From positions 1-62,434 of the IMG/VR virus record IMGVR_UViG_3300042429_000522: a stretch of 62,434 bases of DNA, one strand, 5' to 3'. Each line of letters starts with the position of its first letter. The stretch's first letter is position 1. The translations under genes and the position numbers were made by a program. The notes beneath the pieces were generated by a model, which was given only the letters and a program-made list of their open reading frames with translations, ran no database searches and was not told the DNA's origin. This DNA is from a virus (taxonomy: Duplodnaviria; Caudoviricetes). Shown one piece after another: positions 1-8,515 of the stretch.

Positions 1-290
1 ATCATCGAGCCGTACTCATCCGCCATGTCAAGTTGAGCCTCATACCAAAGCCCGGTATCGTCCATCTTGATGTAGCCTGTACCGATGCTCTTCTTGCCAA
101 CCTGTGCATCCATACCGTGGTGATAGTAGACGTTCAGCGGTACGCGCTTGCCTTCAGACATCGGGAATCCGTAGTCGGTTGACTTAGTGAAATAATCACC
201 CTCAAGGTCAGCACTCTGGGTATCGCCAAAGCGCACCAGATAACCCTTCACGTAACCAAGCCGGTCGCTCTTGATGCAGTCTGCGGTAGA
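1..290 (+). repeat. Exact 290-bp direct repeat, copy 1
   Basis: Identical to 31175-31464; diverges after CTGCGGTAGA. Confidence 0.95.
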
Positions 291-305
291 AGTCAGCAAG
301 TCCAT
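1..305 (-). CDS. Prohead protease, N-terminal part (truncated by window edge)
   Basis: ATG at 305, MDLLTSTADCIKSDRLGY matches the 30529-31479 protein. Confidence 0.9.
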   Translation of the reverse strand, partial: MDLLTSTADCIKSDRLGYVKGYLVRFGDTQSADLEGDYFTKSTDYGFPMSEGKRVPLNVYYHHGMDAQVGKKSIGTGYIKMDDTGLWYEAQLDMADEYGSM

Positions 306-311
306 ACCCTC

Positions 312-322
312 ACTATCCCACA
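312..322 (-). promoter_or_regulatory. Late promoter motif TGTGGGATAGT, 6 nt before the protease ATG (leaderless)
   Basis: Same motif and spacing at six gene starts. Confidence 0.7.
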
Positions 323-331
323 GTGCATTTT

Positions 332-1474
332 TCATAGGTAGGTCGTTAGATCCGGTTGGTATCCCTCTAGGTCTCTAAGCGGTAATACCCGTGTGGTAGG
401 CCCCCAGTCAGCGTTAGGTACCACGGTTGCCATGTCACTGAGCGGTAGCCCTTCACTGTAAAGGTTGTAGCGGGCGGTGCCTAGTATCTGGTGGGCTTCA
501 ACCTGCGTAAGCCCATTTAGAATCTCTTCACCGGTTGCCACCTTTGGGCGGGTATCCGGGATGGAAGAATCGCCGGTAATCTCTGCCCATGAAAGCGTTT
601 CCGGTATCATCACGCATCTACAGTTAGGGTGGCTTGGCATGATGGTATCGGTGGCTTGCAAGGTGCCAGAGAGAGCCAAGCAGGCAAGGCACACCCGCGC
701 GTCTTGCGTAGCCTGCCGCCGGTATCCGGTCACTGCGCCATTCTCGGTGTATAGTTGCCGCTGTGCTTCCCGGCTTGCACGTATCATCTCGGTACGTGCT
801 ATTGTCTCTGCACGGCTTCTACCGATGTCAGCCGCCTTGCGTACCCGCCGTGCTACCGTGCGTGGGCCTTCACCTAACGAAATGCCTTGTACCAAAGCCA
901 TCTGCATAGCATCGGTGGTTACTTGTGGGATGGCATCGAATAGGACAGCCAAAGGCGAACCATCGCCTGCGAACCCGACAAAGGCCTGCAAGGCTTCGTC
1001 AGGTAGACTTGTCCATGAAGTACCAAGGGTAACGCCTGCGGGCTTGCGACCCGCTGCCGCTTCCACAAGGCGCGGCGTTGCCTCATTAGCAAGGATAGCG
1101 GCTTGTAGTTGCCCATCGGCTGTAATCACTGCCCCCTCTACCGAGAACTTTTTGAGGTTCTTTCCGAGCTGCTCAATGTTATCTATGATCCGCTGTCGCA
1201 TCCAAAGGATTGTCTCGGATGGCGGTTCCCCGTTAGCTTCACGCTCGGCTATCCGTCCCTCCAGCGCTTCAAGCTCATCGATGCTGGCCTTGGTTGCGGC
1301 TTTGTATGCGCGTTGCATACGGCTGATGGCTACACCTTCACGCTCTAGCAGGTCATTCCGGTACTTCTGGGATGCGGCATAGATTCTGCCCGTGCCGCTG
1401 TCTACTCGCTTGAGATTTCCTCCAGCGAATACCCGTAAAAAGGGTGCGACTTGTACACTACCCCCGGAGTGCAT
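332..1474 (-). CDS. MuF / SPP1 gp7-like head morphogenesis protein (possibly entered by -1 frameshift from portal)
   Basis: RAETIARTE, CxxC and HPNCRC motifs; follows portal. Confidence 0.85.
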   Translation of the reverse strand: MHSGGSVQVAPFLRVFAGGNLKRVDSGTGRIYAASQKYRNDLLEREGVAISRMQRAYKAATKASIDELEALEGRIAEREANGEPPSETILWMRQRIIDNIEQLGKNLKKFSVEGAVITADGQLQAAILANEATPRLVEAAAGRKPAGVTLGTSWTSLPDEALQAFVGFAGDGSPLAVLFDAIPQVTTDAMQMALVQGISLGEGPRTVARRVRKAADIGRSRAETIARTEMIRASREAQRQLYTENGAVTGYRRQATQDARVCLACLALSGTLQATDTIMPSHPNCRCVMIPETLSWAEITGDSSIPDTRPKVATGEEILNGLTQVEAHQILGTARYNLYSEGLPLSDMATVVPNADWGPTTRVLPLRDLEGYQPDLTTYL

Positions 1475-3255
1475 ACGTGGTCACCGTCAAGGCTCTTGCC
1501 GTCTGGCTGCATTGCGTCCCGCTTGGATGTAGACCAGCGGAACCCGGCATCACCGCCCCACAAGTCCCAGGCTACACGCCCCGGTGAAGGGAAACCTTCC
1601 TCGCCGCTGTTGAACCCTTCAGCCTTCTTGTCGACTTCATGCCGTGAAAAGAAAGAATACATCCGGAGGATGGTGTCTTCGGAAAGTTTCTCACCGTTGA
1701 CAATCTGGTTTGCTCGCGCAAGGCCTACCCGCGTCCCGCCATCGAATCCTTCTGCCTTCCAATCAAGCGCCCTTTGTGCTGCTTCAACCATGCCAGCGTT
1801 CGGTACAAACTTCATCTCGTACGCTTTGGCTTCATCCCGCAGGGTAACCGGTGCGGCTCCCGTGTGCTGTACTGGAAGGTTCAGGAAGTTGGTAACGCTA
1901 CCCGGGTCGTAGCCAGAGCGGATGAGGATACCTGCCGCGTTGGTTGTCTCTGCCAGCGATGCACCCGTGCCAGCCTGTACGCTGATGGCGGATGGATGCA
2001 GTACGCCGGTATCTTCCGGCACAGCTTCCAGCCCGGCTATGCGCTTGGCTTCAGCCCGATCAATGATGCCAGACTTGTACAGGCGCTCTGCCCGTGTGGC
2101 TTCCGCTTGCATATCATCGGCAAGCGCCCGCACGGTTTCAAGGTCGTACATTACATAATCACCCTGCTGTGTCTCAGGGTATTCCGGCAGCAGGTCAGCG
2201 GTGATGGCATCCGCCAAGGTACGGAGCAACGGCACCATGCCATCTTCCCATGCCGCCTGTTGCGCTCTCTCATAATTACTGTAGGTAGACCGCTCTAAGC
2301 CACTTCCAAGCCCTAAGACCATAGGGTTGATGCCAAGGGCTGAACAGATACGCTCCTCCGGTACACGCCTCACAGAATCCAAAGCAAGCTCGGAAGGAGT
2401 AAGGGATACCCTATCCATCTTGTACGCACCGGTCATAACCACGATACCGCCGCTACCGTCTCCGGTAAGGTCTTCATGCAGTTGCCGCTTGACCTGCCGA
2501 GCATCGTCCATGCTCATGTCTACCGATGTCTCTTTGGCATCAGGCCCGACAATCAATGACGGCATAGCCCCGTTAGCCAAGAGTCCATAAGCGGTAGTGC
2601 TTGCCGTGTTGTCGGTGGCAATCTCGCGCAGTACAGCGGTAAGCGGCGCACGGCCTATCCGGATATCGCTCGGGTCTCTGCCGTACCGGATGTGGATGAT
2701 GTCACTTACCGGGATGTCAAAGGAGCGCCCATCCGTGGTGTAGATGTAGTGGGTTAGCGGGTTTACGCCGTTACCTACCGGTCTGACCATGTCCTGCGGT
2801 AGAAACTGTAGAGCGGTCACCGTGCCACGGGTGGAAGAGCGAATCTTGCGGAGGTAGGTATTACCAAACAACTTATAGTCTTGGATGCACCAGCCCCAGA
2901 ATAAAGACCCCATTATCATCGGATCAGGTTGCGCCATGAGCTGAATAACCGGATGGTCTTCTACCGGCTCTGCCTGTTGAGAATCTATCGGTCGGTAGTA
3001 GCGTGGCGTGGCCTGTGGGTAGTTACGCACGTACCAGTCAATAGCACTAGCAACGACACCATTCAAGCCAAGGTCACCGGCAACTCTAGCCCAGTCCTTA
3101 GTACTTCCAGGGAGCGCCCGGCGCAGGAGTGTTTGCAGTTGACCAGAGCCGTAACCGGTTAGGTAGATGTCCCTAGACTGGCTAAGCGGCAATGGCAATG
3201 CCTGTGTCGGGTTGGCTGCGGCTTTACGGCCTAAGAAGCGGTCAAAGATACCCAT
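1402..3255 (-). CDS. Portal protein with C-terminal extension
   Basis: HK97-like portal motifs (LFGNTY, IIHIR, LG), downstream of terL; start MGIFDRF matches B. Confidence 0.9.
   Translation of the reverse strand: MGIFDRFLGRKAAANPTQALPLPLSQSRDIYLTGYGSGQLQTLLRRALPGSTKDWARVAGDLGLNGVVASAIDWYVRNYPQATPRYYRPIDSQQAEPVEDHPVIQLMAQPDPMIMGSLFWGWCIQDYKLFGNTYLRKIRSSTRGTVTALQFLPQDMVRPVGNGVNPLTHYIYTTDGRSFDIPVSDIIHIRYGRDPSDIRIGRAPLTAVLREIATDNTASTTAYGLLANGAMPSLIVGPDAKETSVDMSMDDARQVKRQLHEDLTGDGSGGIVVMTGAYKMDRVSLTPSELALDSVRRVPEERICSALGINPMVLGLGSGLERSTYSNYERAQQAAWEDGMVPLLRTLADAITADLLPEYPETQQGDYVMYDLETVRALADDMQAEATRAERLYKSGIIDRAEAKRIAGLEAVPEDTGVLHPSAISVQAGTGASLAETTNAAGILIRSGYDPGSVTNFLNLPVQHTGAAPVTLRDEAKAYEMKFVPNAGMVEAAQRALDWKAEGFDGGTRVGLARANQIVNGEKLSEDTILRMYSFFSRHEVDKKAEGFNSGEEGFPSPGRVAWDLWGGDAGFRWSTSKRDAMQPDGKSLDGDHVCTPGVVYKSHPFYGYSLEEISSE
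1438..1444 (-). other. Putative -1 slippery heptamer C-CCT-TTT (portal to MuF)
   Basis: X-XXY-YYZ in portal frame, conserved at 32612-32618; -1 frame is MuF. Confidence 0.6.
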
Positions 3256-3261
3256 GTCTTC

Positions 3262-3272
3262 AGTATCCCACA
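3262..3272 (-). promoter_or_regulatory. Late promoter motif TGTGGGATACT, 6 nt before the portal ATG
   Basis: Recurrent motif directly after a terminator. Confidence 0.7.
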
Positions 3273-3298
3273 AAAAGAAAAAGCCCCCTTGCGGGGGC
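3272..3298 (-). terminator. Rho-independent terminator
   Basis: GCCCCC-GCAA-GGGGGC followed by T-tract on minus strand. Confidence 0.8.
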
Positions 3299-3315
3299 CT
3301 GTGGCGGTTGGCGGT

Positions 3316-3552
3316 TTAGATTGTTTTCATCTCGTAGCGGTATGCGTCTCCGCTTACGATGTAGGTCTTGACGTTGCCGTCTTCGCTTGAGCCTTCGTAA
3401 TACCAAGATGTTTCAGTGTCTGCGTTCATCTTGATAAGCGACTCTGCCCATTCACCGGCACACTGCCAAGTACCAACCGGTGCTACATCAACAACCACGC
3501 CATCCTCAGTCAACACTTGGCGAATCTCTTTGTTTGCGGTCTTCAGTTTCAT
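3316..3552 (-). CDS. Moron-like hypothetical protein (MKLKTANKE...)
   Basis: SD GGGAGA before ATG 3552, own promoter and terminator; absent from B. Confidence 0.7.
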   Translation of the reverse strand: MKLKTANKEIRQVLTEDGVVVDVAPVGTWQCAGEWAESLIKMNADTETSWYYEGSSEDGNVKTYIVSGDAYRYEMKTI

Positions 3553-3579
3553 ATCTCTATCTCCCTGCTTGATGTCAAC

Positions 3580-3608
3580 AATATACACTGTAGGTATATA
3601 TACTGCAA
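3580..3608 (-). promoter_or_regulatory. Sigma-70-type promoter of the moron
   Basis: TTGCAG-N17-TATATT; equivalent in B at 35037-35065. Confidence 0.65.
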
Positions 3609-3627
3609 GGGTATAGAGGTATATATT

Positions 3628-4800
3628 TTAGACGGCTCCCCAAGAACGCTTTGATCCGCACACCTGCCAAGCATAGGCCAGGGCATCAACCACGTCATCA
3701 TGCCGCCCAACCGGGAAAGATAGCAACTCATCTTCAAAGTAAGCCGGGAGGCCTTGGCAGTGCATGACTTGGCTTTGCTCGTACCGGGCTTCGAGAGGCG
3801 CAAAGCGGGTCACTTTGTCACGGTCTGGCCGGATGCCCCGTATCGGCAACTTAGTACGCCGTAGGAGCTCCTGCACGACAGCGGCTTGGTATTGCACCTG
3901 CTCGATGCCGATCATGCTAGGATTCCACTTAGCCGCCATCATCTCGATGAACCGTAGCACGGAAGCAAAGTCCGCGCGGGTACGGTTGATGTCTCTAACG
4001 TAGATTGTCCCATCGTCACCACGGGAGACAACAGCAACCCCGGTGTAGTCGGCTTCACTCTTAGTGCTGATGGCAAGGTCAACCCCGATATAGGTGGGCA
4101 ACCCTTCAGGACAATCGCCATACCGCAACCACTCCCGCTTGATACGCGCTCCCGCCGCATCCACGAACTCCGCTAGATACTCCTGCCGGAAAGCAATCGA
4201 TGGCAAAGACTCACCCGCCTTGCCTACCTCCTCAGGATCTATCCAAGGGTTAGCCGTTGTAGGCATCTGCCAGCTCATCCAGTCAGCATCCGTAGCGGCC
4301 TGATTGTAGAGCGTCCTAAAATAGTTAGAGCCTTTAGGCGTACTGAGAAAGAACGCATCCCCCTTGTAATCGGTTAGCGTTGGGCGGATGGCTTCCGTCC
4401 AGGCTTGCTCTAAATGCCGTGCCATTGCCGCTTCGTCAATGATGACCCGCTTGTACTTTCTTCCACGGGCAACGGTGCTAGGATCATCCAAAGTCCAGTA
4501 GTCGATTGCTGCCCCGGTTATAAGCTCGATGCGCGGGGCTGGGCTTTGTACGGCTCGGCGGATAACCGGTGCATAGATACGCTTATGATCGGCGTATGCC
4601 TCTTCAAGCAAGCGGTAGGTAGGAGCGAACCACGCGCAGGGCAAGCCGTCAATCAATACTGGGTCAGATAAAAGGTTACCGCCTAGCGTTGTCTTACCAA
4701 AGCGTCTCCCGCAAGCAAGGACGTTGTACCGCTTGGCTTCCCGCAGGATGACCTGCTGGGCTTCATGCGGCCTTGGTAAGACTAATCGAATATCAGGCAA
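3628..4800 (-). CDS. terL: Terminase large subunit
   Basis: Walker A GRRFGKT, Walker B IIDEAA, nuclease GVD...HDDVVDA. Confidence 0.95.
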   Translation of the reverse strand: MPDIRLVLPRPHEAQQVILREAKRYNVLACGRRFGKTTLGGNLLSDPVLIDGLPCAWFAPTYRLLEEAYADHKRIYAPVIRRAVQSPAPRIELITGAAIDYWTLDDPSTVARGRKYKRVIIDEAAMARHLEQAWTEAIRPTLTDYKGDAFFLSTPKGSNYFRTLYNQAATDADWMSWQMPTTANPWIDPEEVGKAGESLPSIAFRQEYLAEFVDAAGARIKREWLRYGDCPEGLPTYIGVDLAISTKSEADYTGVAVVSRGDDGTIYVRDINRTRADFASVLRFIEMMAAKWNPSMIGIEQVQYQAAVVQELLRRTKLPIRGIRPDRDKVTRFAPLEARYEQSQVMHCQGLPAYFEDELLSFPVGRHDDVVDALAYAWQVCGSKRSWGAV

Positions 4801-5861
4801 GGCTGGTACGCTTTCTCAGCTGCAAGGATACGGGCTTTCGCTATCTCGATGTAGTCTGCATCCATCTCGCAACCGATGAACCGGAAGCCTTCAAGCACTG
4901 CACCCCGCCCGGTGCTACCTGATCCAGTGAATGGGTCAAGCACTACACCGCCGGTAGGTGTAACCATGCGGCACAAGTAGCGCATTAGGTCGGTAGGCTT
5001 TACGGTTGGGTGGTTGTTATCGCACCCATCGTTTCGGTCTTCACTACTTGATTTTGAACAATAGAAAAATCTAGAATCTTCACCTATTGTTCTAACAACG
5101 TCAGGGCTACCATCGTGCAACACGTTAGCAGGCCAACGGCCCGATGGTTTATATTCTGACAAATCTACTTGATGTTGAATTCCTTCAGATATGAATGTTC
5201 CACCCTTGTCATTTATGTTGGTTGAGACTGGCTTATCCCATGCCTTTTCAAATCCATCATCGCAAGGTATCCGGCAACCGTCTATGTTGATTGCGCCTGT
5301 ACCCCACTCCTGCACGTTCTGCGCTACCGTGGCTTTGAAGGGCTTCCGTGCCATCGTGATAGGCTCCATGGCTGGCTTTAGTGCTGTACCCCAGCCCTGC
5401 CATTGTTTAGCCGCATCCGTGGCAGGGGCTGGAGGCACATAACCTTTTGTAGGAATAGTCTTACTGATGTTTGCATTGTGACTTGACCCGGCTACAGTGA
5501 AGCCCTTGAATTCCGGTTTGAGAATCCCTGCCTCCCTGTCAAATCCTTTACTCACATTGTGAGACTTAGGGAACCCACTACCATACATCCACGCTAACAT
5601 ATCCCGAATCTCAAACCCGGCATCTTCAATGCGTACCGCCATCCGGTGTTGAGTCCTAGTACCGGCAAACGCCAGCAGGTAACCGCCTGGCTTTAGCACT
5701 CGCAAGCATTCTGCCCATATCTCGGTAGATGGAACGTCATAATCCCAACGCTTGCCCATGAAGGATAAGCCGTACGGCGGATCGGTTACAACAGCATCAA
5801 CCGAGCAATCCGGCATGGTTCGTAGGATGTCAAGACAGTTGCCGTGGTGAAGCTCATGCAC
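4782..5861 (-). CDS. DNA amino-methyltransferase (N6A/N4C, beta class)
   Basis: VTDPPY, HPTVKP and VLDPFTGSGSTG motifs; GTG start overlaps terS stop. Confidence 0.9.
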   Translation of the reverse strand: MHELHHGNCLDILRTMPDCSVDAVVTDPPYGLSFMGKRWDYDVPSTEIWAECLRVLKPGGYLLAFAGTRTQHRMAVRIEDAGFEIRDMLAWMYGSGFPKSHNVSKGFDREAGILKPEFKGFTVAGSSHNANISKTIPTKGYVPPAPATDAAKQWQGWGTALKPAMEPITMARKPFKATVAQNVQEWGTGAINIDGCRIPCDDGFEKAWDKPVSTNINDKGGTFISEGIQHQVDLSEYKPSGRWPANVLHDGSPDVVRTIGEDSRFFYCSKSSSEDRNDGCDNNHPTVKPTDLMRYLCRMVTPTGGVVLDPFTGSGSTGRGAVLEGFRFIGCEMDADYIEIAKARILAAEKAYQPCLIFD

Positions 5862-6225
5862 CGGGCTTATCCGCATACTCCACGATGACCTTGACCGGTG
5901 AACCGTCTGCGCCGGTCTGCTCTACTCTGCTAGACCAGTCGGCCTTGTGCTTGCGTTCAAGCCACCATGCGGCAGCTTGCCATGTCGTGCGGGTTGCATC
6001 TTGGATGACCTGAAGGTTGCGTAGCTCCGCTTCACCTTCTGCTTTTTCTACAGCGTATGAAAAATCTGAATATTCCTTGAGCCAGTTGGCAAGTGTAGTC
6101 TGATCAATACCAGCGGCAGCACAGGAAGCCCTGCGGGTGTTACCACCTCGCAGAGCGTCTGTGAGCTTGGCTACCGTTGCCGGTGTGTACTTGGTTGGTC
6201 TACCTGCTCCGGGTTGTGCTGCCAT
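5854..6225 (-). CDS. terS: Terminase small subunit
   Basis: GRPTKY...HTH...WQAAAWWLER; homolog directly precedes terL in B. Confidence 0.8.
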   Translation of the reverse strand: MAAQPGAGRPTKYTPATVAKLTDALRGGNTRRASCAAAGIDQTTLANWLKEYSDFSYAVEKAEGEAELRNLQVIQDATRTTWQAAAWWLERKHKADWSSRVEQTGADGSPVKVIVEYADKPGA

Positions 6226-6242
6226 CTTCGTACTCCTTTTCT

Positions 6243-6431
6243 CTACTCATCTAGATTCTTCCTGATTTCCGCGCTGGTAGCCCAGAGCATAGCAGCCCTC
6301 ATCTTTTCTTTGCTGATGCCTTGGGCTTTAGCCTGTTTCTTTACATCAGCATACAACCAGCGAATATACAGTTCGTTGTATACCGCCAAGCATCCAGCCC
6401 CAACCAAAGCACCAATGGCAAATGGAATCAT
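6243..6431 (-). CDS. Small membrane-anchored protein
   Basis: N-terminal hydrophobic stretch; near-identical to 40230-40418. Confidence 0.7.
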   Translation of the reverse strand: MIPFAIGALVGAGCLAVYNELYIRWLYADVKKQAKAQGISKEKMRAAMLWATSAEIRKNLDE

Positions 6432-6673
6432 TTGGTTTCTTCCCATATCGGCTCGCCGGTAACCGGATTGTACTTACCGATCATCCAGTCTTCGGCAAAA
6501 AGGTCACCAGCGGTAAGCCAGATGACGCTATTGTTTTCCTTCACCTCTGTACCCTCTGCAACGCTGAACACGTCCCAAAGTTCACTGAACCGGAAGTGTA
6601 GCCCATCAGGCCACAAAGCCCGGCGTATGGGCTTCTCTGCCAGCAAGGCATCAAGTGCCTGGTTGTACTTCAT
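6428..6673 (-). CDS. DUF2829/Tad2-like protein
   Basis: ALDALLAEKPIRRALW...DLFAEDW pattern. Confidence 0.65.
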   Translation of the reverse strand: MKYNQALDALLAEKPIRRALWPDGLHFRFSELWDVFSVAEGTEVKENNSVIWLTAGDLFAEDWMIGKYNPVTGEPIWEETK

Positions 6674-7299
6674 TTGATTACTCCCATTGTGATCGGCAGG
6701 TGTTCAGCCATCAGTGCCTTGATGCTGTCTGCTATCTCCCTATGCTCTAGTTGCGTATCTTCCTGCGTCCTGAGCTGCACGTAGTGAATCCAAGACCGTA
6801 TCGTGCCAGACATATACAAGGTGGTTGGACAGCAAAGCGGTAATACCATTCTTGCCGTTTCCGCAGCGATACCGGCCTTGATTAGTTTGTTGTATGTCCA
6901 GTAGCCACGGGATACGGAAAGCTCAGCGTCTAAAATGACTCCTTGCATCTCGGCATCCAACTCTTTCCATTCTGGCAACGGTTGGGAGCTTTGCCGGTTA
7001 GTTGTACCAGCAAGCCTCATATCCCCCAGAATAGGGTAATCGTGAACCTCTGCGTACCGTTGTGAGAACTCTTGGAAAGAGAAACTTCGATGCCTAAGAA
7101 TCTGCGGTGCGATAGCACGGGTGGTCTTGATTTCCACGCACATACTAGCCATCTCAAAGATTGACCAGTGGCCGTGCTTGATGCAGTACTTTAGTAGCCC
7201 TGCCACGTCTGGGTTGTCTTGGTTGGATGGGTTGCTGACCCTCGCGCAGTATCCGATGACCTGCTCCGCTTCCGGCGTGATCCAGATTAGTTTTGTCAT
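6670..7299 (-). CDS. thyX: Flavin-dependent thymidylate synthase
   Basis: HWSIFE and RHRSFSFQEFSQRY ThyX signature. Confidence 0.95.
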   Translation of the reverse strand: MTKLIWITPEAEQVIGYCARVSNPSNQDNPDVAGLLKYCIKHGHWSIFEMASMCVEIKTTRAIAPQILRHRSFSFQEFSQRYAEVHDYPILGDMRLAGTTNRQSSQPLPEWKELDAEMQGVILDAELSVSRGYWTYNKLIKAGIAAETARMVLPLCCPTTLYMSGTIRSWIHYVQLRTQEDTQLEHREIADSIKALMAEHLPITMGVIK

Positions 7300-7709
7300 C
7301 CGTTGTATATCTCCCAGTCGAAAGCCAGTACATCAGCACTACCAAATGATGCCACCCGGCTGTAGTGCCGGTTCCCAGCACCATCAATGAGATACAAGCA
7401 TATCTTGCCATCAACGATTTGAAGGAACCAAGCGGCAGCGTGTCGGCGTACCGTCATGCCAGCCCGCAAGCGTTCAAGGGCGGAAGGAAAGCCACCGCCG
7501 GAAAGGTTCATCCGATGGGCTTCAATGCTCTTCAGCTGTTCTTCAGTCCGTTCTTTCAGCCACCGATTGACGGTTGTGTGTTGGAATCCTACAGCCCTTG
7601 CCGCTTCGTGGCATTTCATACCTTCAGCTACGAGGGTCTCGTATCGATCTAAAAGATGCTGTCGCTTTGCGCGGTTAGCAATCACCGATTCGTTTGGTCT
7701 ACCTGCCAT
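7296..7709 (-). CDS. HTH-like domain fused to a DUF2829/Tad2-like domain
   Basis: N-terminal EAARAVGFQHTTVNRW; C-terminal ALERLRAGMTVRR...DVLAFDWE. Confidence 0.6.
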   Translation of the reverse strand: MAGRPNESVIANRAKRQHLLDRYETLVAEGMKCHEAARAVGFQHTTVNRWLKERTEEQLKSIEAHRMNLSGGGFPSALERLRAGMTVRRHAAAWFLQIVDGKICLYLIDGAGNRHYSRVASFGSADVLAFDWEIYNG

Positions 7710-7932
7710 TACTTATCTCCTTGGCATCATTTACTACCCGGTCGGCATACTCCCTGGAGCGTGTCACAAGGTAAGCGGCGTACCAGAGAACCTTTAGCCG
7801 GTCTTCTTCCGCCTGCCCTTTATGCTCCTGCCGCTGTAGGTATTTGAGAATAGAACCGCTGACGAAGTCGAGGTTCCAATCTTCGATTACCGCCAGCGCG
7901 TCAAGCTTGCCGACCGTGTAGTGGTTTCTCAC
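7699..7932 (-). CDS. DUF3310 family protein
   Basis: HY...IE...F..G..LKYL.R...KG..EDxxKxxWY pattern. Confidence 0.75.
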   Translation of the reverse strand: MRNHYTVGKLDALAVIEDWNLDFVSGSILKYLQRQEHKGQAEEDRLKVLWYAAYLVTRSREYADRVVNDAKEISNGR

Positions 7933-8421
7933 CTATTCGTCAAACGGATCCGCGATGTCATCCGTTACCGGTACGGCTTTGCGTAGGGGCTTCGGTGGTG
8001 CAACCTTCACTGGCTTCACCGTTTCAACCACGTTGGTAAGTTCGCCGTTCATCTTCTGGCGTGTACCAACCACTACCTGCCATGGCTTGGCTTTGAGTGC
8101 CGGGAGGTCAAGGTTGCGGTATGCGTCTTGAGTCATACGCCCGACCATGCCATCAAGCAAAAGTGTCAGCTTGGCTTTGTCGTTGCCATAACTGGTTTTT
8201 GTGTACTGAACAAACCGGAAGGGTTGCCCATCATCATCGCCTACTTCGGTGGTCTCGAATACCCACTTTAGGTTTGGCTCCAACACGTTTGGATCATCAA
8301 ACGATTTGCTTTGTACGGCTTCAACGTCTACCAATGCACAGGCGTAAATGCCTGCCTCAGCTGTACTAAACTTTTTGCCACTTCCTTCACTGAAGGTCGT
8401 GTGCTGTGCAAAGAATCCCAT
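7933..8421 (-). CDS. Single-stranded DNA-binding protein (phage type)
   Basis: GxY N-terminal strand, acidic DPF tail, next to helicase; conserved in B. Confidence 0.6.
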   Translation of the reverse strand: MGFFAQHTTFSEGSGKKFSTAEAGIYACALVDVEAVQSKSFDDPNVLEPNLKWVFETTEVGDDDGQPFRFVQYTKTSYGNDKAKLTLLLDGMVGRMTQDAYRNLDLPALKAKPWQVVVGTRQKMNGELTNVVETVKPVKVAPPKPLRKAVPVTDDIADPFDE

Positions 8422-8472
8422 TATCAAACTCCTTGGGCTACTGCCCGGTCGTTGGCACTATTGCCACACCAG

Positions 8473-8502
8473 TTATATACCCACTCAGTGGATATTGTCA
8501 AA
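8473..8502 (-). promoter_or_regulatory. Sigma-70-type promoter upstream of ssb
   Basis: TTGACA-N18-TATAAC; TTGCCA-N18-TATATT at the same place in B. Confidence 0.55.
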
Positions 8503-8515
8503 CACTTATTTTCAT

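Noticed and set aside
477-1382. Long plus-strand ORFs antisense to structural genes (477-1382, 29315-30064, 30194-30826 and similar)
   Set aside because: Shadow ORFs of well-supported minus-strand genes; where a comparison is possible they are not preserved between A and B
3256-3273. MWDT... N-terminal extensions on portal, protease and adaptor in the ORF track
   Set aside because: They come from TTG/GTG codons overlapping the TGTGGGATACT motif. In the B portal the motif is out of frame (5-nt spacer), so it is regulatory rather than coding.
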